Assembly (NCBI GenBank): GCA_027337125.1
Contig: GCA_027337125.1_3057.1
Length of the DNA stretch: 64,000 bases
Origin: a phage
Strand: one strand, 5' to 3'
How positions within the stretch are numbered: the first letter of the stretch is position 1; every line of letters begins with the position of its first letter. The notes beneath the pieces were generated by a model. It searched no databases. It saw only the letters and a list, made by a program, of their open reading frames with translations, and was not told the DNA's origin. The translations under genes and the position numbers were made by a program. Shown here one piece after another: positions 1-17,099 of the stretch.

Positions 1-629
1 GCATCTAATTTAGCTGCATCAGTTGCGCCAGCATCGATTGTTACTACAGCAGAAGCCTGCAGATACACAGTACCAGTGTCCTGGAAGAAGTGAGTATAGA
101 TATCACCTACTGTGGTTTGTGTGCTAGCAGCCAGAGCTGTGAATTTCTTAGCAGCACCCTGACCAGAGAACATTGCATCTGGACCATACATTGGGTGGAA
201 TGCTTCTTTAGCACCGGCAGCGATTGGGTCTTTACCATATACTGCGCGCAGTGCGAATACCTGACCGGTCGGGCTGTTCATCGGCTGAACACCGCAAATA
301 TCGAAAGCAATCAGGTTAGGAATAGCACGACGTACCATACCCATAACAGCTGGGCCAATCTGAGTTACTGCGCCAGAAGTCTGACCAGCAGCGATGTTAG
401 TAGCGTTGTAACCATGGTCACCACCGATTTCAGCTTCTGTTAAGAAAGAACCGAATGCCTGAGCAATTTTTTCGTCTTTGTACTCTGGAGCTGTCTGGAA
501 ATCTTTTTCCTGGTTTTCAAAGATTTTAGCGATAATCGCTTGTTTGCTATTAGCAATTTCCGGTAAACCTTCACCTTCCAGTAATGGCTTCCATTTGTTC
601 AAAAGTTCAGCTTTAGTTTTGATAGTCAT
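1..629 (-). CDS. 23: Major capsid protein gp23, N-terminal ~209 codons (3' part lies beyond window start)
   Basis: Reverse complement of 600-629 reads ATGACTATCAAAACTAAAGCTGAACTT = MTIKTKAELL, the T4 gp23 N-terminus; frame open to position 1; sits downstream of gene 22 as in T4. Confidence 0.93.
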   Translation of the reverse strand, partial: MTIKTKAELLNKWKPLLEGEGLPEIANSKQAIIAKIFENQEKDFQTAPEYKDEKIAQAFGSFLTEAEIGGDHGYNATNIAAGQTSGAVTQIGPAVMGMVRRAIPNLIAFDICGVQPMNSPTGQVFALRAVYGKDPIAAGAKEAFHPMYGPDAMFSGQGAAKKFTALAASTQTTVGDIYTHFFQDTGTVYLQASAVVTIDAGATDAAKLD

Positions 630-647
630 TTGTGTTAACCTTTAAAA

Positions 648-1457
648 TTAGAAACGAGATGCGACTTTCGCATATACACTTACAATATCTTCTGCACCGG
701 GTGCAGCTTTATCTTCTACAGCTTCAGTGACGAAATTCAGTCCGGCTGCTTCAGTATCAGGAGTATTTATACCCTCAGTAATAGTGCTTTCATCTTTATT
801 AGACTTCTTCACCATTTCTACGATGGCACTCAATTTACTTGAGAATTCATCTGAATAATCCATACCTTCGACCAGAGCAGAGACTTTTTCTTTTTGAGAC
901 TCAGTCAGATCTTTAGTACTTTCGCTCAATGCCACTTCACGCTGCACATAATTGATATATGCGTCGCGCATATTGAGTTCTTCGAACAGACGAGCTGATT
1001 CTTCTTTATGTTCTTGCAGCTCTTCTTCCATTTCAGCCACAACATCAACTGATTCTTCTGGAACAACAACGTTGTGTTCAACAAAGAGCTCTTTTAATCC
1101 ACCAAGCATGGATTCAAACAGTTCGGCTTTGATGCCTTTATCAACTGCTAATTTATTTTCAGCGAGCCATTCTTTCGCAAGATGGTCGATGAATTTAGAA
1201 GCTTGCTCAGCGATTTTCTTCTCAGCTTTTTCTTCGGCTTCTTCTTTATTTTTTTCTACTTCTTCTTCTGCTTTTTCAGCAATTTTAGCGATATGAGATT
1301 CAGCTAATTTAACGGCGTGCTGCTTGACGGTAGCTTCGAATACAGTGCCGAAAGTTTCTTTTGCTTCCGGAGAAATATTAACTGATTCGAAAATACTATC
1401 AAGAGCAACGGAAGCATCAATTTTTTGCGCTTCAGCAATCAGTTGTTCTTTAAGCAT
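648..1457 (-). CDS. 22: Prohead core scaffold protein gp22
   Basis: 269 aa, ATG start, acidic coiled-coil-like sequence; same length and position as T4 gp22. Confidence 0.92.
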   Translation of the reverse strand: MLKEQLIAEAQKIDASVALDSIFESVNISPEAKETFGTVFEATVKQHAVKLAESHIAKIAEKAEEEVEKNKEEAEEKAEKKIAEQASKFIDHLAKEWLAENKLAVDKGIKAELFESMLGGLKELFVEHNVVVPEESVDVVAEMEEELQEHKEESARLFEELNMRDAYINYVQREVALSESTKDLTESQKEKVSALVEGMDYSDEFSSKLSAIVEMVKKSNKDESTITEGINTPDTEAAGLNFVTEAVEDKAAPGAEDIVSVYAKVASRF

Positions 1458-1484
1458 TTTGTAGTCCTGTTGTTTAGATAATAA

Positions 1485-1492
1485 TATTTATA
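1485..1492 (-). promoter_or_regulatory. T4-type late promoter (TATAAATA on minus strand) upstream of gene 22
   Basis: Plus-strand tatttata 28 nt upstream of the gene 22 ATG. Confidence 0.5.
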
Positions 1493-2126
1493 ACGCTTTT
1501 TTCATGGCCTCTGCGAGAGCCATATAGGCGTCATCGGCACTTGTATCGGCTTCCGCCGTCTGTGATTCGGTAATTTCCTTAGGAGTTACCCATGCATCTG
1601 GAGCACTTGGACCCCATACTGCATCAACACCTACAGTTAATTTGAATCCTTCGTTTACGATACGATAACCTTTATTTGTGTCAGTCAATGAACCTAATCC
1701 ACGAGAAGAAACTCCTGGAATCCATCCGGCACGAATATTAGCTGCTAATTTATCTCCAGGACCGTGGTCACCTTCAATAACACGAGCTCGTCCGTATACG
1801 TCATTTCCTTTCCACCACATATCTTCTATAATGATAGCGGCTTGCATCGGGTCAACATTAGCGCGTGGAGGATGATTTAATTCTCCGAGAGCTTGTTTAG
1901 TTAAAACTTGCTCATTAATATAGTCTTTTACCGCTTTTTCTAATATGCGTTTTGGATAAAGACGTTTATTTCTATTGACGACTTCTGCTTGCATGAATAT
2001 TCCTTCGATGTATAAACCCGGTTTTAAACCTAAGTCTTTTCCATCGTGGGATTCAAGCATTGGCACACCATCAATAATTTCGCCAGGTTGACCCCAAGTT
2101 TCAATTAGTAATTGGGGTTCATTCAT
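1488..2126 (-). CDS. 21: Prohead core protease gp21
   Basis: 212 aa, same length and synteny as T4 gp21. Confidence 0.92.
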   Translation of the reverse strand: MNEPQLLIETWGQPGEIIDGVPMLESHDGKDLGLKPGLYIEGIFMQAEVVNRNKRLYPKRILEKAVKDYINEQVLTKQALGELNHPPRANVDPMQAAIIIEDMWWKGNDVYGRARVIEGDHGPGDKLAANIRAGWIPGVSSRGLGSLTDTNKGYRIVNEGFKLTVGVDAVWGPSAPDAWVTPKEITESQTAEADTSADDAYMALAEAMKKAL

Positions 2127-2551
2127 TAGCTTAATCCTAATGCTTTACGGCGTTTAAGAGCTTTTTTACGCTTACGCTGAGCACGAGATTGACCTGCTGG
2201 ATTGGCAATCTTCGTTTTGGTAGCTTTGCGAGCAATTTGTCTACGTTTTGCTTTAGACAGCCCAGTGGTTTGAAATGCATTACGTTCGCGTGTTTTGCGG
2301 TCTTTAGTACGTGTAATTTCACCACGAGCTGAAACGTGCTTAACAATGAATTCATTTAACGGCATGTTTTCATTAATAGAAGCTAATGCAACTGCTAAAT
2401 CAGTTTCATCATCAAGCATATTCTCGACAATTGTATTTATATCGTCTTTATTTAAAGCAGAAGACAATTCGTCAAAGCGACCCTGTGCTTCAGGAATAAG
2501 TGCTTCGACATTCTCGAGAACTAATTCATGAGTTTCAGGGATCAGAAGCAT
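2126..2551 (-). CDS. 68: Prohead core protein gp68
   Basis: 141 aa with basic C-terminus, between genes 67 and 21 as in T4. Confidence 0.85.
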
Positions 2552-2780
2552 TATTCATCATCCTCGTCTTCGTCATCTTCGTCTTTTTTGTCGTCTTTAT
2601 CATCACCGTCTTCGTCATCATCCTCGTCTTCAGGTTCTTCACCTTCGATTAAGAAATTACGAGCGATAGCGATTTTTTCTTCTTTAATTAAATCAATCGT
2701 TCTTGCAGCCATGGCTTCAGCAAATAATTTACGAGCGGCTACGAGGTCGTTTGATTTAATAGCTTCAATTAAACCTTCCA

Positions 2781-2781
<1 letters not shown>
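2551..2781 (-). CDS. 67: Prohead core protein gp67 (acidic C-terminal tract)
   Basis: 76 aa ending in a poly-D/E tract; position between 20 and 68. Confidence 0.85.
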
Positions 2782-4406
<1,625 letters not shown>

Positions 4407-4438
4407 TTAAGCAGGATGGGGATTTCTCCCCATTCATT

Positions 4439-4930
4439 TTATTCCCAATAATCGAGAGCGAGAGTTACTTCAAAGGTTTGGATTTCATTGTTTGAATCCC
4501 AATCTAACTGAAGTTCACCCACGTTAGTAGGCCACAGGCCTTTAATTTCGACTTCTTTTGTTACAGTTTTAGCGTCACGAGCATATTGGCGTACAATAGC
4601 ACTCTTTTTATACTCTGCTGGTTTTCCACCAGTAATTTCGTTTCCTTGCCCAGCAGCAATGCTTTGCCAGTCAACAAACTTCTGGCGTGCATCATGCGCC
4701 TCATCATTCATTACTGTAATAGTCCAGTCATCGAATGTACGATCGCCTGCTACGTTAATTTTACGGTTCATAAATCCGACTGGAATTTTTTCTACAATAC
4801 CAGCTGGTAAAGCAGTGGCTTTACATTGAAACGTAAAATTTTGTCCAAGATAAGAAATTTCTACTTGGAATAAGTTAGGTCGAGCAAAATCACCAGATTC
4901 AAACGCTCGTGTTACATCATCTACAAACAT
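4439..4930 (-). CDS. 19: Tail tube protein gp19
   Basis: 163 aa, same length as T4 gp19; synteny between 18 and 20. Confidence 0.94.
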   Translation of the reverse strand: MFVDDVTRAFESGDFARPNLFQVEISYLGQNFTFQCKATALPAGIVEKIPVGFMNRKINVAGDRTFDDWTITVMNDEAHDARQKFVDWQSIAAGQGNEITGGKPAEYKKSAIVRQYARDAKTVTKEVEIKGLWPTNVGELQLDWDSNNEIQTFEVTLALDYWE

Positions 4931-4944
4931 ATTAGCCTCTGTAG

Positions 4945-4952
4945 TATTTATA
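4945..4952 (-). promoter_or_regulatory. Late promoter TATAAATA proximal to gene 19
   Basis: Plus tatttata 15 nt upstream of the gp19 ATG with a GAGG RBS between. Confidence 0.45.
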
Positions 4953-5003
4953 TCCCTATGTTTAACCTAGGGCATATAGAATTAAAGAATTAAGGATATA
5001 GTG

Positions 5004-5011
5004 TATTTATA
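5004..5011 (-). promoter_or_regulatory. Second late promoter TATAAATA, directly after the HNH-gene hairpin
   Basis: Plus tatttata at 5004-5011 adjacent to hairpin 5013-5030. Confidence 0.4.
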
Positions 5012-5012
5012 T

Positions 5013-5030
5013 GGCCTGCCGAAACAGGCC
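5013..5030 (-). terminator. GC hairpin (ggcctg-ccgaaa-caggcc) just downstream of the HNH ORF stop
   Basis: Perfect 6-bp stem read directly; no strong U-run on the minus strand, so may be a stabiliser/processing hairpin rather than a terminator. Confidence 0.35.
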
Positions 5031-5037
5031 TTTAGAA

Positions 5038-5676
5038 TCATTCTAGTAAATCCCAAAGATCTACGCTATTTCTTTTTGACTTTTCTCGGTTAGATTCCCA
5101 AGTGATTATTTCTAAATTTTTTACGCTTGCTATAATTTCCGGTGGAATTAAATTATCAAATCCATATTTGATAGATACTTTATGATCGAGTTGGTAAGCA
5201 CCTTCTACACCACACACTCCTATTTTATCAGCATTCGGCCATTTTGACCAAATTTTTCTTATTTTAGCTGACTTAGTTATAGAATGAACTCTACTAGCAT
5301 ATAATGCAAACTCTTTTCTTTTACCAGTCCATCGAGGATGTTTATCGCCTCTTTGCCATGGTCTGCTTATTCCAGATTGAACTTCCGAATTTTTAATAGC
5401 AACTTGTTTAATGCTACATTTTCTACATGCGTGGGTGGGTGTTCTATTTAAAAGCTGAATGCTTCTACTAAATTTAACACCACACAAATCGCATTTAGCG
5501 TCAACTATTTTATTACTATTCTTTGGCATTAATTCTATTGGAACAGATATTGTATCATGATATGATACTTTATATCCCAGAATTGTCGACCACATTTTTG
5601 AATGATTTCTTGGTTTTATTGTAACAAACTTAGAAATAATCACTTGTTTCCTCGATAATAGGGGCCGAAGCCCCAT
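5038..5676 (-). CDS. Free-standing HNH homing endonuclease (N-terminal Cys-rich zinc-finger-like region, C-terminal HNH)
   Basis: C-terminus AYQLDHKVSIKYGFDN...NLEIITWESNREKSKRN is HNH-like; N-terminal CDLCGVKF...HACRKCS; track ORF starts at TTG 5682, first ATG is codon 3 (5676), inside hairpin 5661-5674. Confidence 0.75.
   Translation of the reverse strand: MGLRPLLSRKQVIISKFVTIKPRNHSKMWSTILGYKVSYHDTISVPIELMPKNSNKIVDAKCDLCGVKFSRSIQLLNRTPTHACRKCSIKQVAIKNSEVQSGISRPWQRGDKHPRWTGKRKEFALYASRVHSITKSAKIRKIWSKWPNADKIGVCGVEGAYQLDHKVSIKYGFDNLIPPEIIASVKNLEIITWESNREKSKRNSVDLWDLLE
5661..5674 (-). other. GC hairpin (ggggcc-ga-ggcccc core) after the gene 18 stop, overlapping the HNH start codon
   Basis: Inverted repeat ggggccgaagcccc read directly; encodes codons MGLRP of the HNH ORF. 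Confidence 0.45.
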
Positions 5677-5686
5677 AATCAATCAA

Positions 5687-7666
5687 TTAACCTGCAAGAC
5701 CAGTCAACTCATCGAAATCTGCACCAGTAGCAGTTGCGACGAAATTAAGTTGGATATAATTTATACTACGAGCCGGTTGGATGTAGAATGTTGCAACAAA
5801 CTCATTTCTATCAATTACTGACGGAGTATTATTTGTTGTATCGCAAACTACACGATATTCATAAATTCCACCGAGAGCTTTAATTCCCTGTAAGTATTGG
5901 GCAGTTTCTGTGCGGAATGATGAACGAGTAAACGCGTTGTTTAATTCGAACAAACGATATTTTGAACTACGTCCGATATTCGTTTTCAACATATTAAACA
6001 GACGGCGAACGTTAATACGATCAAATGGAGAAGGAACAGAAGTAGCTGTTTTATCACCATACAATACGTAACCATCACCACCGGTACCAGTTACAGGGTT
6101 AATAGCTTCTTGATATAAGCGGTCACGCTGAGATTGGCGAGTTTCAATAGCAAGTTTAATAACGTTCAGAATTTGACCACGATTATAACCAGCTGGTGAC
6201 ATCCAAGTTTGAGAAACATTATCAGTTCTTGCGCACAATCCAGCAATATCAGCTGCTAATGGAACCCAACGATTCACATCATTATATTTGTCATACTGAT
6301 ATTTGTAGTTACCATCAATTGCTGCATAGGTTGAACTAATATTAAAGTTATTATCAGTATATGAACCTGCGGCAGTTCTCCAGTTAACTAAATTATCTAC
6401 TGCACGAGTTACAGGAATTCCAACTACAGTTTCACGTGGAGGAGAGCACAATACTAAGCAATCTTGACGAGCATCACCAATTGAAACAACATGTTTTTGA
6501 ACAGTAGATGCTGTTTCAAGAGATTCACCGGCACAAGAACCAGCAATAAACAACTGAACATCTACAGATTCACGGTCAGCAAAGAAGTCCCATGCTTCCA
6601 TCAAATCTCCTGCTGTTACTTCAGCATTTGATGATAACCCACCAGACAGAGTTAAAATTCCAGAGAATCCTTCTGGCCAGTTTTGTGCAGTTGCAAAAAT
6701 ATATTCTGAACCACCTTTTGCGAAAAAGTCATCGATATAGATGTTACTATCGTAAATATCTTTTTCACCACGCTTAGTTGAAAGAACAATGCTTTGAACA
6801 ATAGCATCATTTCGACGAACTATAATTGCGTACTGTGAGTCAGTCTGCGGTCCATATCCAAACACTGCCTTGGCAGTAGATGCACGAGTACCACCACCTG
6901 GATAAATTGGGAGTAATGCAGAAGCGCCTTTCGCGTAGTCAGCTTTAGATACGATTTCAATTTCAATTTTATCGCCTAATTCGCCTGGATAAAGAGCTAC
7001 TACTCCTGGAATTCCATATTTTTTAAGATTTTCCTGAAAATCAACAGCTGTTATAGCAGCTTCAGCATTTTCAATTTCAGCTAATAAAATACCAGAATCA
7101 GTAATAATTTTTCCAAGAGTTATTACTGCAGCTAAACCAGAGGAAGATGAAGAAACTTCAGCGGTCCAGTTAGAACCTAATTCCGGATATTCACCGACTT
7201 CTTTCGCTTTAGCGATAATTTTTGCAGTAGGAATATTAATTTTCTTAATTTTTCCATCAGCATCTACTTCGGTAATTTTACCTTCCGTTTCAATGTCTTC
7301 TGAAACATACTTAACTGTGATTTTATCTCCAACCGCGTAGTTACTACCTGGGGTAGAAATAGTGTATTCAATATTACCAGCAATCGGAGATGAGTTTTTA
7401 GCGGTATCTCTATCGACAGCACGCACAACTCGCAAATCATTTCCATATTGTAAGAAATTCATTGCAGACATAAAATAGTCAGCAGTTTCAGCTGTAGGTT
7501 GACCAAAAGTATTAACTAAATCTACTTCATTTGTAACCTGTTTAATTTGAAAAGCAGGACCCCACTGGAATTTACCGGCCAAAGCTGCTGTACCAGTAGA
7601 GTTATTAACCACGGTGCTTTGAACCGTAGTTTCTTTGAGCTCAATGCCCGGAGATAATAAAGTCAT
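5687..7666 (-). CDS. 18: Tail sheath protein gp18
   Basis: 659 aa, identical length to T4 gp18; synteny. Confidence 0.95.
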   Translation of the reverse strand: MTLLSPGIELKETTVQSTVVNNSTGTAALAGKFQWGPAFQIKQVTNEVDLVNTFGQPTAETADYFMSAMNFLQYGNDLRVVRAVDRDTAKNSSPIAGNIEYTISTPGSNYAVGDKITVKYVSEDIETEGKITEVDADGKIKKINIPTAKIIAKAKEVGEYPELGSNWTAEVSSSSSGLAAVITLGKIITDSGILLAEIENAEAAITAVDFQENLKKYGIPGVVALYPGELGDKIEIEIVSKADYAKGASALLPIYPGGGTRASTAKAVFGYGPQTDSQYAIIVRRNDAIVQSIVLSTKRGEKDIYDSNIYIDDFFAKGGSEYIFATAQNWPEGFSGILTLSGGLSSNAEVTAGDLMEAWDFFADRESVDVQLFIAGSCAGESLETASTVQKHVVSIGDARQDCLVLCSPPRETVVGIPVTRAVDNLVNWRTAAGSYTDNNFNISSTYAAIDGNYKYQYDKYNDVNRWVPLAADIAGLCARTDNVSQTWMSPAGYNRGQILNVIKLAIETRQSQRDRLYQEAINPVTGTGGDGYVLYGDKTATSVPSPFDRINVRRLFNMLKTNIGRSSKYRLFELNNAFTRSSFRTETAQYLQGIKALGGIYEYRVVCDTTNNTPSVIDRNEFVATFYIQPARSINYIQLNFVATATGADFDELTGLAG

Positions 7667-7694
7667 TTTTAATCCTCTTTAATATGCTTTAATA

Positions 7695-10835
<3,141 letters not shown>

Positions 10836-10876
10836 GATTTCTCCTAATCTGGGCTTTAATTAGTTTATAATATTTA

Positions 10877-13387
<2,511 letters not shown>

Positions 13388-13400
13388 TTAAAAATCCTTT

Positions 13401-13416
13401 GGGGCCTTGCGGCCCC
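13401..13416 (-). terminator. GC hairpin after the wac stop (ggggcc-ttgc-ggcccc)
   Basis: Perfect inverted repeat; a U5 run follows 6 nt downstream on the minus strand. Confidence 0.4.
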
Positions 13417-13419
13417 ATG

Positions 13420-14877
13420 TTATGCTGGTGATAAAAAGGTAGAAAGTAGTACCCATTCGCCGTCTTTACGAACGTAAGCTTGGCCATCTTTTGGAGCTTC
13501 AGGGATATAACCTGCTTCCTGTAAAGTCTGAACATCCCCCTGTAATGAAGATACATTACTTTTAATACTACGCATTTCTTGATTAATAGAAGAAATGTTA
13601 GTTTCATTAGCTTTTATTGAATTAGTTAATCCGCGCTCTTCTACCGTTGAACCATTTGGATTTGTGCCGCTTACTAGTTTATTTAGTGCAACAACTTGGC
13701 CTTTAATTCCAGTAGTGTTATTACCAATTTCAACCTGTAAGTTTTGAACATCATTGTTCAGTCTATTAACTGAAGTTTCAACAGTTGAAACCCTATTTAA
13801 AAGAGACCCAGGAGGAGAAGGCTGACCTCCACTAGAATCAGTTCCAACGATTTGGTTTAGCCATGAAACGTTTGCTCGTAGTCCAGATGAAGTGTTTTCA
13901 CCAACAATTCCATTTAAAAACTCAATTGATGTGGTATTATCTTTAATTTGACCTTTAATACTAGAAGGAATATCATCTGAGCCAATTGATGTTTCAATGA
14001 CAGTCAATCGTTGTTTAATACCTCCGCTTTTATTTAGTTCATCATTTAAAGCTGAAATTTCTCGTGTATTAGTGTTAACATCTGTGATTATTGAAGTATT
14101 TCCTGGATATCCAATAGAAGTTTTGATAGATTTAATTTCGGAACTAAGATTAATCTGCGATTGATCTAAATTATGAACACGTGAATATATGCTTTCACTG
14201 AATGAAGATGGTCTTTGTCCAAGTTCTTGTCTAAGATTTCCGACTTCAATTGTCAGTGAACCTACATCAGATTCAATAAATTTTTCTTCCAAATCACTTA
14301 GACGTATTCCTTGGGAAGTTATAGCATCTGTATTATTAATGATGCGGTGCTTCATACCCGTGCTGCTATTTCCTACAACAGGAAGACCATTAATGTCTTG
14401 CCCAGCATATTGTCCTAATTCCCTTTTAATCCATAACAAATCATTTCTAATCGTTCTATAAACTGAATTTGCTTGCGAATTAAATGGACCAATATCAGAA
14501 AGAATATTATCAACCGTAGTATTTGTACCATTTAATATATCAGTATGTTCATTCGTGAGTGTCTTTAAATTTGATATATCATTTTTATTAACACTGATCT
14601 GTGATAGCGCTTCTATATCTCCTGATACATCTAAAATGCCTTGAATGGTTTTAATATCTTCCTGAGATGTTTCAATGGCAGTTTTAAGAATTCCTACATT
14701 TTCGTCGAGAACCTCGACATTTTTAAACACAGAAACAGTTGGTCTATTCATTGACCCATCGTTTCCGTACTTAGTACTAGCTCCTAATATTTCTTCACCA
14801 TTTTTAATCCATGAAATACGTTCCTGACCTTCGCCAGGAACGCTATCAACAAAAGGTAAATCTTTTAATTCAATCAT
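13420..14877 (-). CDS. wac: Fibritin (whisker antigen control)
   Basis: 485 aa; N-terminal LKDLPFVD...[14 protein letters not shown] and C-terminal foldon [27 protein letters not shown]. Confidence 0.95.
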   Translation of the reverse strand: MIELKDLPFVDSVPGEGQERISWIKNGEEILGASTKYGNDGSMNRPTVSVFKNVEVLDENVGILKTAIETSQEDIKTIQGILDVSGDIEALSQISVNKNDISNLKTLTNEHTDILNGTNTTVDNILSDIGPFNSQANSVYRTIRNDLLWIKRELGQYAGQDINGLPVVGNSSTGMKHRIINNTDAITSQGIRLSDLEEKFIESDVGSLTIEVGNLRQELGQRPSSFSESIYSRVHNLDQSQINLSSEIKSIKTSIGYPGNTSIITDVNTNTREISALNDELNKSGGIKQRLTVIETSIGSDDIPSSIKGQIKDNTTSIEFLNGIVGENTSSGLRANVSWLNQIVGTDSSGGQPSPPGSLLNRVSTVETSVNRLNNDVQNLQVEIGNNTTGIKGQVVALNKLVSGTNPNGSTVEERGLTNSIKANETNISSINQEMRSIKSNVSSLQGDVQTLQEAGYIPEAPKDGQAYVRKDGEWVLLSTFLSPA

Positions 14878-14886
14878 TTGTAATCC

Positions 14887-16443
14887 TTAGTAATGAATTT
14901 TAATAATATAGTTTAATGATATATTCCATGGTCTAGTTTCATAACCAATTAATCCTTCGCGATTTAACGTGCCGAACGAGTCACGAGGACCACCCATTTC
15001 AAATCCGTCATTAGTAAAGAACAAATGGTTGTCCCAGTCGGCGCTTCTACCATTGCCCAAATATCCATTGCCATTAGATGCGCCAAACGGTGCATAACCT
15101 CTGTTATTTCCATTTTCCCCCCAGGCACCAGCATGTTTATGGTATGATATTTGTTGTGCTTGAACACCACCAACATGCATTCCATCACATCCTACACCAA
15201 GTCTATCCTTCCCATAACCATCTTGTCCTCGTTGATTTAAAATATGACCGCCGGTGCCCGCTCCTCTAACAAAAAGACCTCGCATATCAGGAATCCCTGG
15301 ATTATTCCAATCCCCGCCAAATCTTGTTCCAACCGTGTTTCTATAATCAGGATATTGATCTCCTGACACGGTTCCGCCGTGGCACATAATCCAACCCGGA
15401 GGTGCTGAATCACCCGCAAACATCATAATAGTTCCAACTGGAACTCTTTCGGACGCATATCTTTCAGTGGCAACAGGTTGATCGCCATTTTTCCACATTC
15501 CGCCGCGCGACCAAATTCCGTTTGCTGTAAGATGGTCTAAATTTAAAGAACCATTAATAGTTTGTCCACCACGAGTATTAATTACATCTGCGTTCCATGC
15601 TAATGCACCAGAGCTATCACCTTCAGGGGCAATACCGGCTTGCGTCGTTAATTTAACTACTCCACGCATAGAACCAGTAGCTCCTCGACCATTTAGCGTT
15701 TCACCCGTTACTGCAACATCTCCCAAATTACTGTTAATTTCCGATTGTGTTCCTAAACGTATAACACCCTTATATTCTTGTGTTGCAACAGAATTCATAA
15801 AGGTATACGGAGAAATTGCATATCCTTCGCGGAGAGTTCCTTGACGAGTTTGCGCAACAGTAGATAATTGAACTACACCTCTCACAGATTCTGATGCAGT
15901 ATCTTCGGAAGGAGCTATTTGTGAAATTAATTTTATTGCAAGTTTTTGCGTTTTTAATGGAGTCATTGCCGTAGTATCATCAACTCCAGCTAAAGCTGCA
16001 GGTGTAGATGATATTTTAATAACCCCGTTTGATGACTCAGACGAATATCTATTTTGGAACACATCGTCAGTGTGGTATTTCAGTTTTTGCGGCGTTATTG
16101 ATGAATTATTATCTGAACCTTCTAATGTTTCTTCATTTGTTGAATAACGCGTTAAACCATATTTAGTTTCAGTAGCATTTGGATATAATAATCTTGTTGC
16201 TAATGTAGCTGGTGTAACGATTTTAGAATTATTAGTTCCATCTAAAACCTCTTGCTCTGACGCAATCATTGCTATTCCTTTAACTTCCATAGTTGCATCA
16301 GGAATACCATTTACGCCGATATTACTTATTTTTGATAATGCAGACTGCACTGTCACGACAGTGTCAGGAAAATTCGATCCAGTAGGATCGAATTTAACAT
16401 ATTTTGATTCATTTGATACGTGCTGATATGTATTGTTACTCAT
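14887..16443 (-). CDS. 12: Short tail fibre protein gp12
   Basis: 518 aa; [13 protein letters not shown]...[13 protein letters not shown] as T4 gp12. Confidence 0.95.
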   Translation of the reverse strand: MSNNTYQHVSNESKYVKFDPTGSNFPDTVVTVQSALSKISNIGVNGIPDATMEVKGIAMIASEQEVLDGTNNSKIVTPATLATRLLYPNATETKYGLTRYSTNEETLEGSDNNSSITPQKLKYHTDDVFQNRYSSESSNGVIKISSTPAALAGVDDTTAMTPLKTQKLAIKLISQIAPSEDTASESVRGVVQLSTVAQTRQGTLREGYAISPYTFMNSVATQEYKGVIRLGTQSEINSNLGDVAVTGETLNGRGATGSMRGVVKLTTQAGIAPEGDSSGALAWNADVINTRGGQTINGSLNLDHLTANGIWSRGGMWKNGDQPVATERYASERVPVGTIMMFAGDSAPPGWIMCHGGTVSGDQYPDYRNTVGTRFGGDWNNPGIPDMRGLFVRGAGTGGHILNQRGQDGYGKDRLGVGCDGMHVGGVQAQQISYHKHAGAWGENGNNRGYAPFGASNGNGYLGNGRSADWDNHLFFTNDGFEMGGPRDSFGTLNREGLIGYETRPWNISLNYIIKIHY

Positions 16444-17099
16444 GCTATTCTCTCAAAATAATAAAATACCGTAGGTTGTGTGTGACTATCTAGCGTGACA
16501 GTTTGCGCACCTAATAATTGCCAAGTTCCGTATCCAGGTTTAGAAGGAGAAATTATTTCTTGTTTGAAAGTAATTCCTTTATCAGAGTATTGTTCTAAGA
16601 TATGTTCTTGGTTATCTAAATACTTAACTTGTATTTTATTTCCTATGGTAGGATGGTCTTCAAATGAATCAATTGCAATAAATTTTGCAACCATTTCCTG
16701 CAGAGCTGTTCTAACGGCACTGGTAAATTCGATTGAAGTCATTCCGTTAGTAGCTTTAACAGGAATGCCAAACATGTTAACAATAACTGGGTCACCTGGT
16801 TTGGCTGAAGTATCATTGACAGTTCCTTCAAATGACCAATAGTCTGTTTGCTGCACGCCAGTAGGAGATACGCCACTTATATTAACTAATACAGCTCCAA
16901 CCTGTTGCTCTGCCATATTTCTAACATCATTGATAGCAGATTCTACATTTGGGTCATAAAAACCTTTTGCTATTTGTGAAATTGTTACAGCACCTACTGG
17001 CTGATTATTCATAACCGAAATATCATTTTTCTTAGTTCTAAAACCAAGAAAATCTGCTAAGCGGGAAATAACTCCCGCTTTATTATTAAGTAAACTCAT
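16440..17099 (-). CDS. 11: Baseplate wedge protein gp11
   Basis: Start set at Met 7 of the track ORF ([20 protein letters not shown]), giving 219 aa as in T4 and a 1-nt TAATG overlap with the gene 10 stop. Confidence 0.92.
   Translation of the reverse strand: MSLLNNKAGVISRLADFLGFRTKKNDISVMNNQPVGAVTISQIAKGFYDPNVESAINDVRNMAEQQVGAVLVNISGVSPTGVQQTDYWSFEGTVNDTSAKPGDPVIVNMFGIPVKATNGMTSIEFTSAVRTALQEMVAKFIAIDSFEDHPTIGNKIQVKYLDNQEHILEQYSDKGITFKQEIISPSKPGYGTWQLLGAQTVTLDSHTQPTVFYYFERIA

Noticed and set aside
90-443. 117-aa plus-strand ORF at the left edge
   Set aside because: Lies antisense within the gp23 coding region, which is strongly supported; typical shadow ORF
952-1296. Plus-strand 114-aa Ser-rich ORF
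   Set aside because: Antisense to gp22; low-complexity mirror of the gp22 coding sequence
14189-14461. Plus-strand 90-aa ORF and similar short ORFs inside wac and genes 12, 10, 7, 6 and 5
   Set aside because: All are antisense to long, well-supported structural genes and lack translation signals
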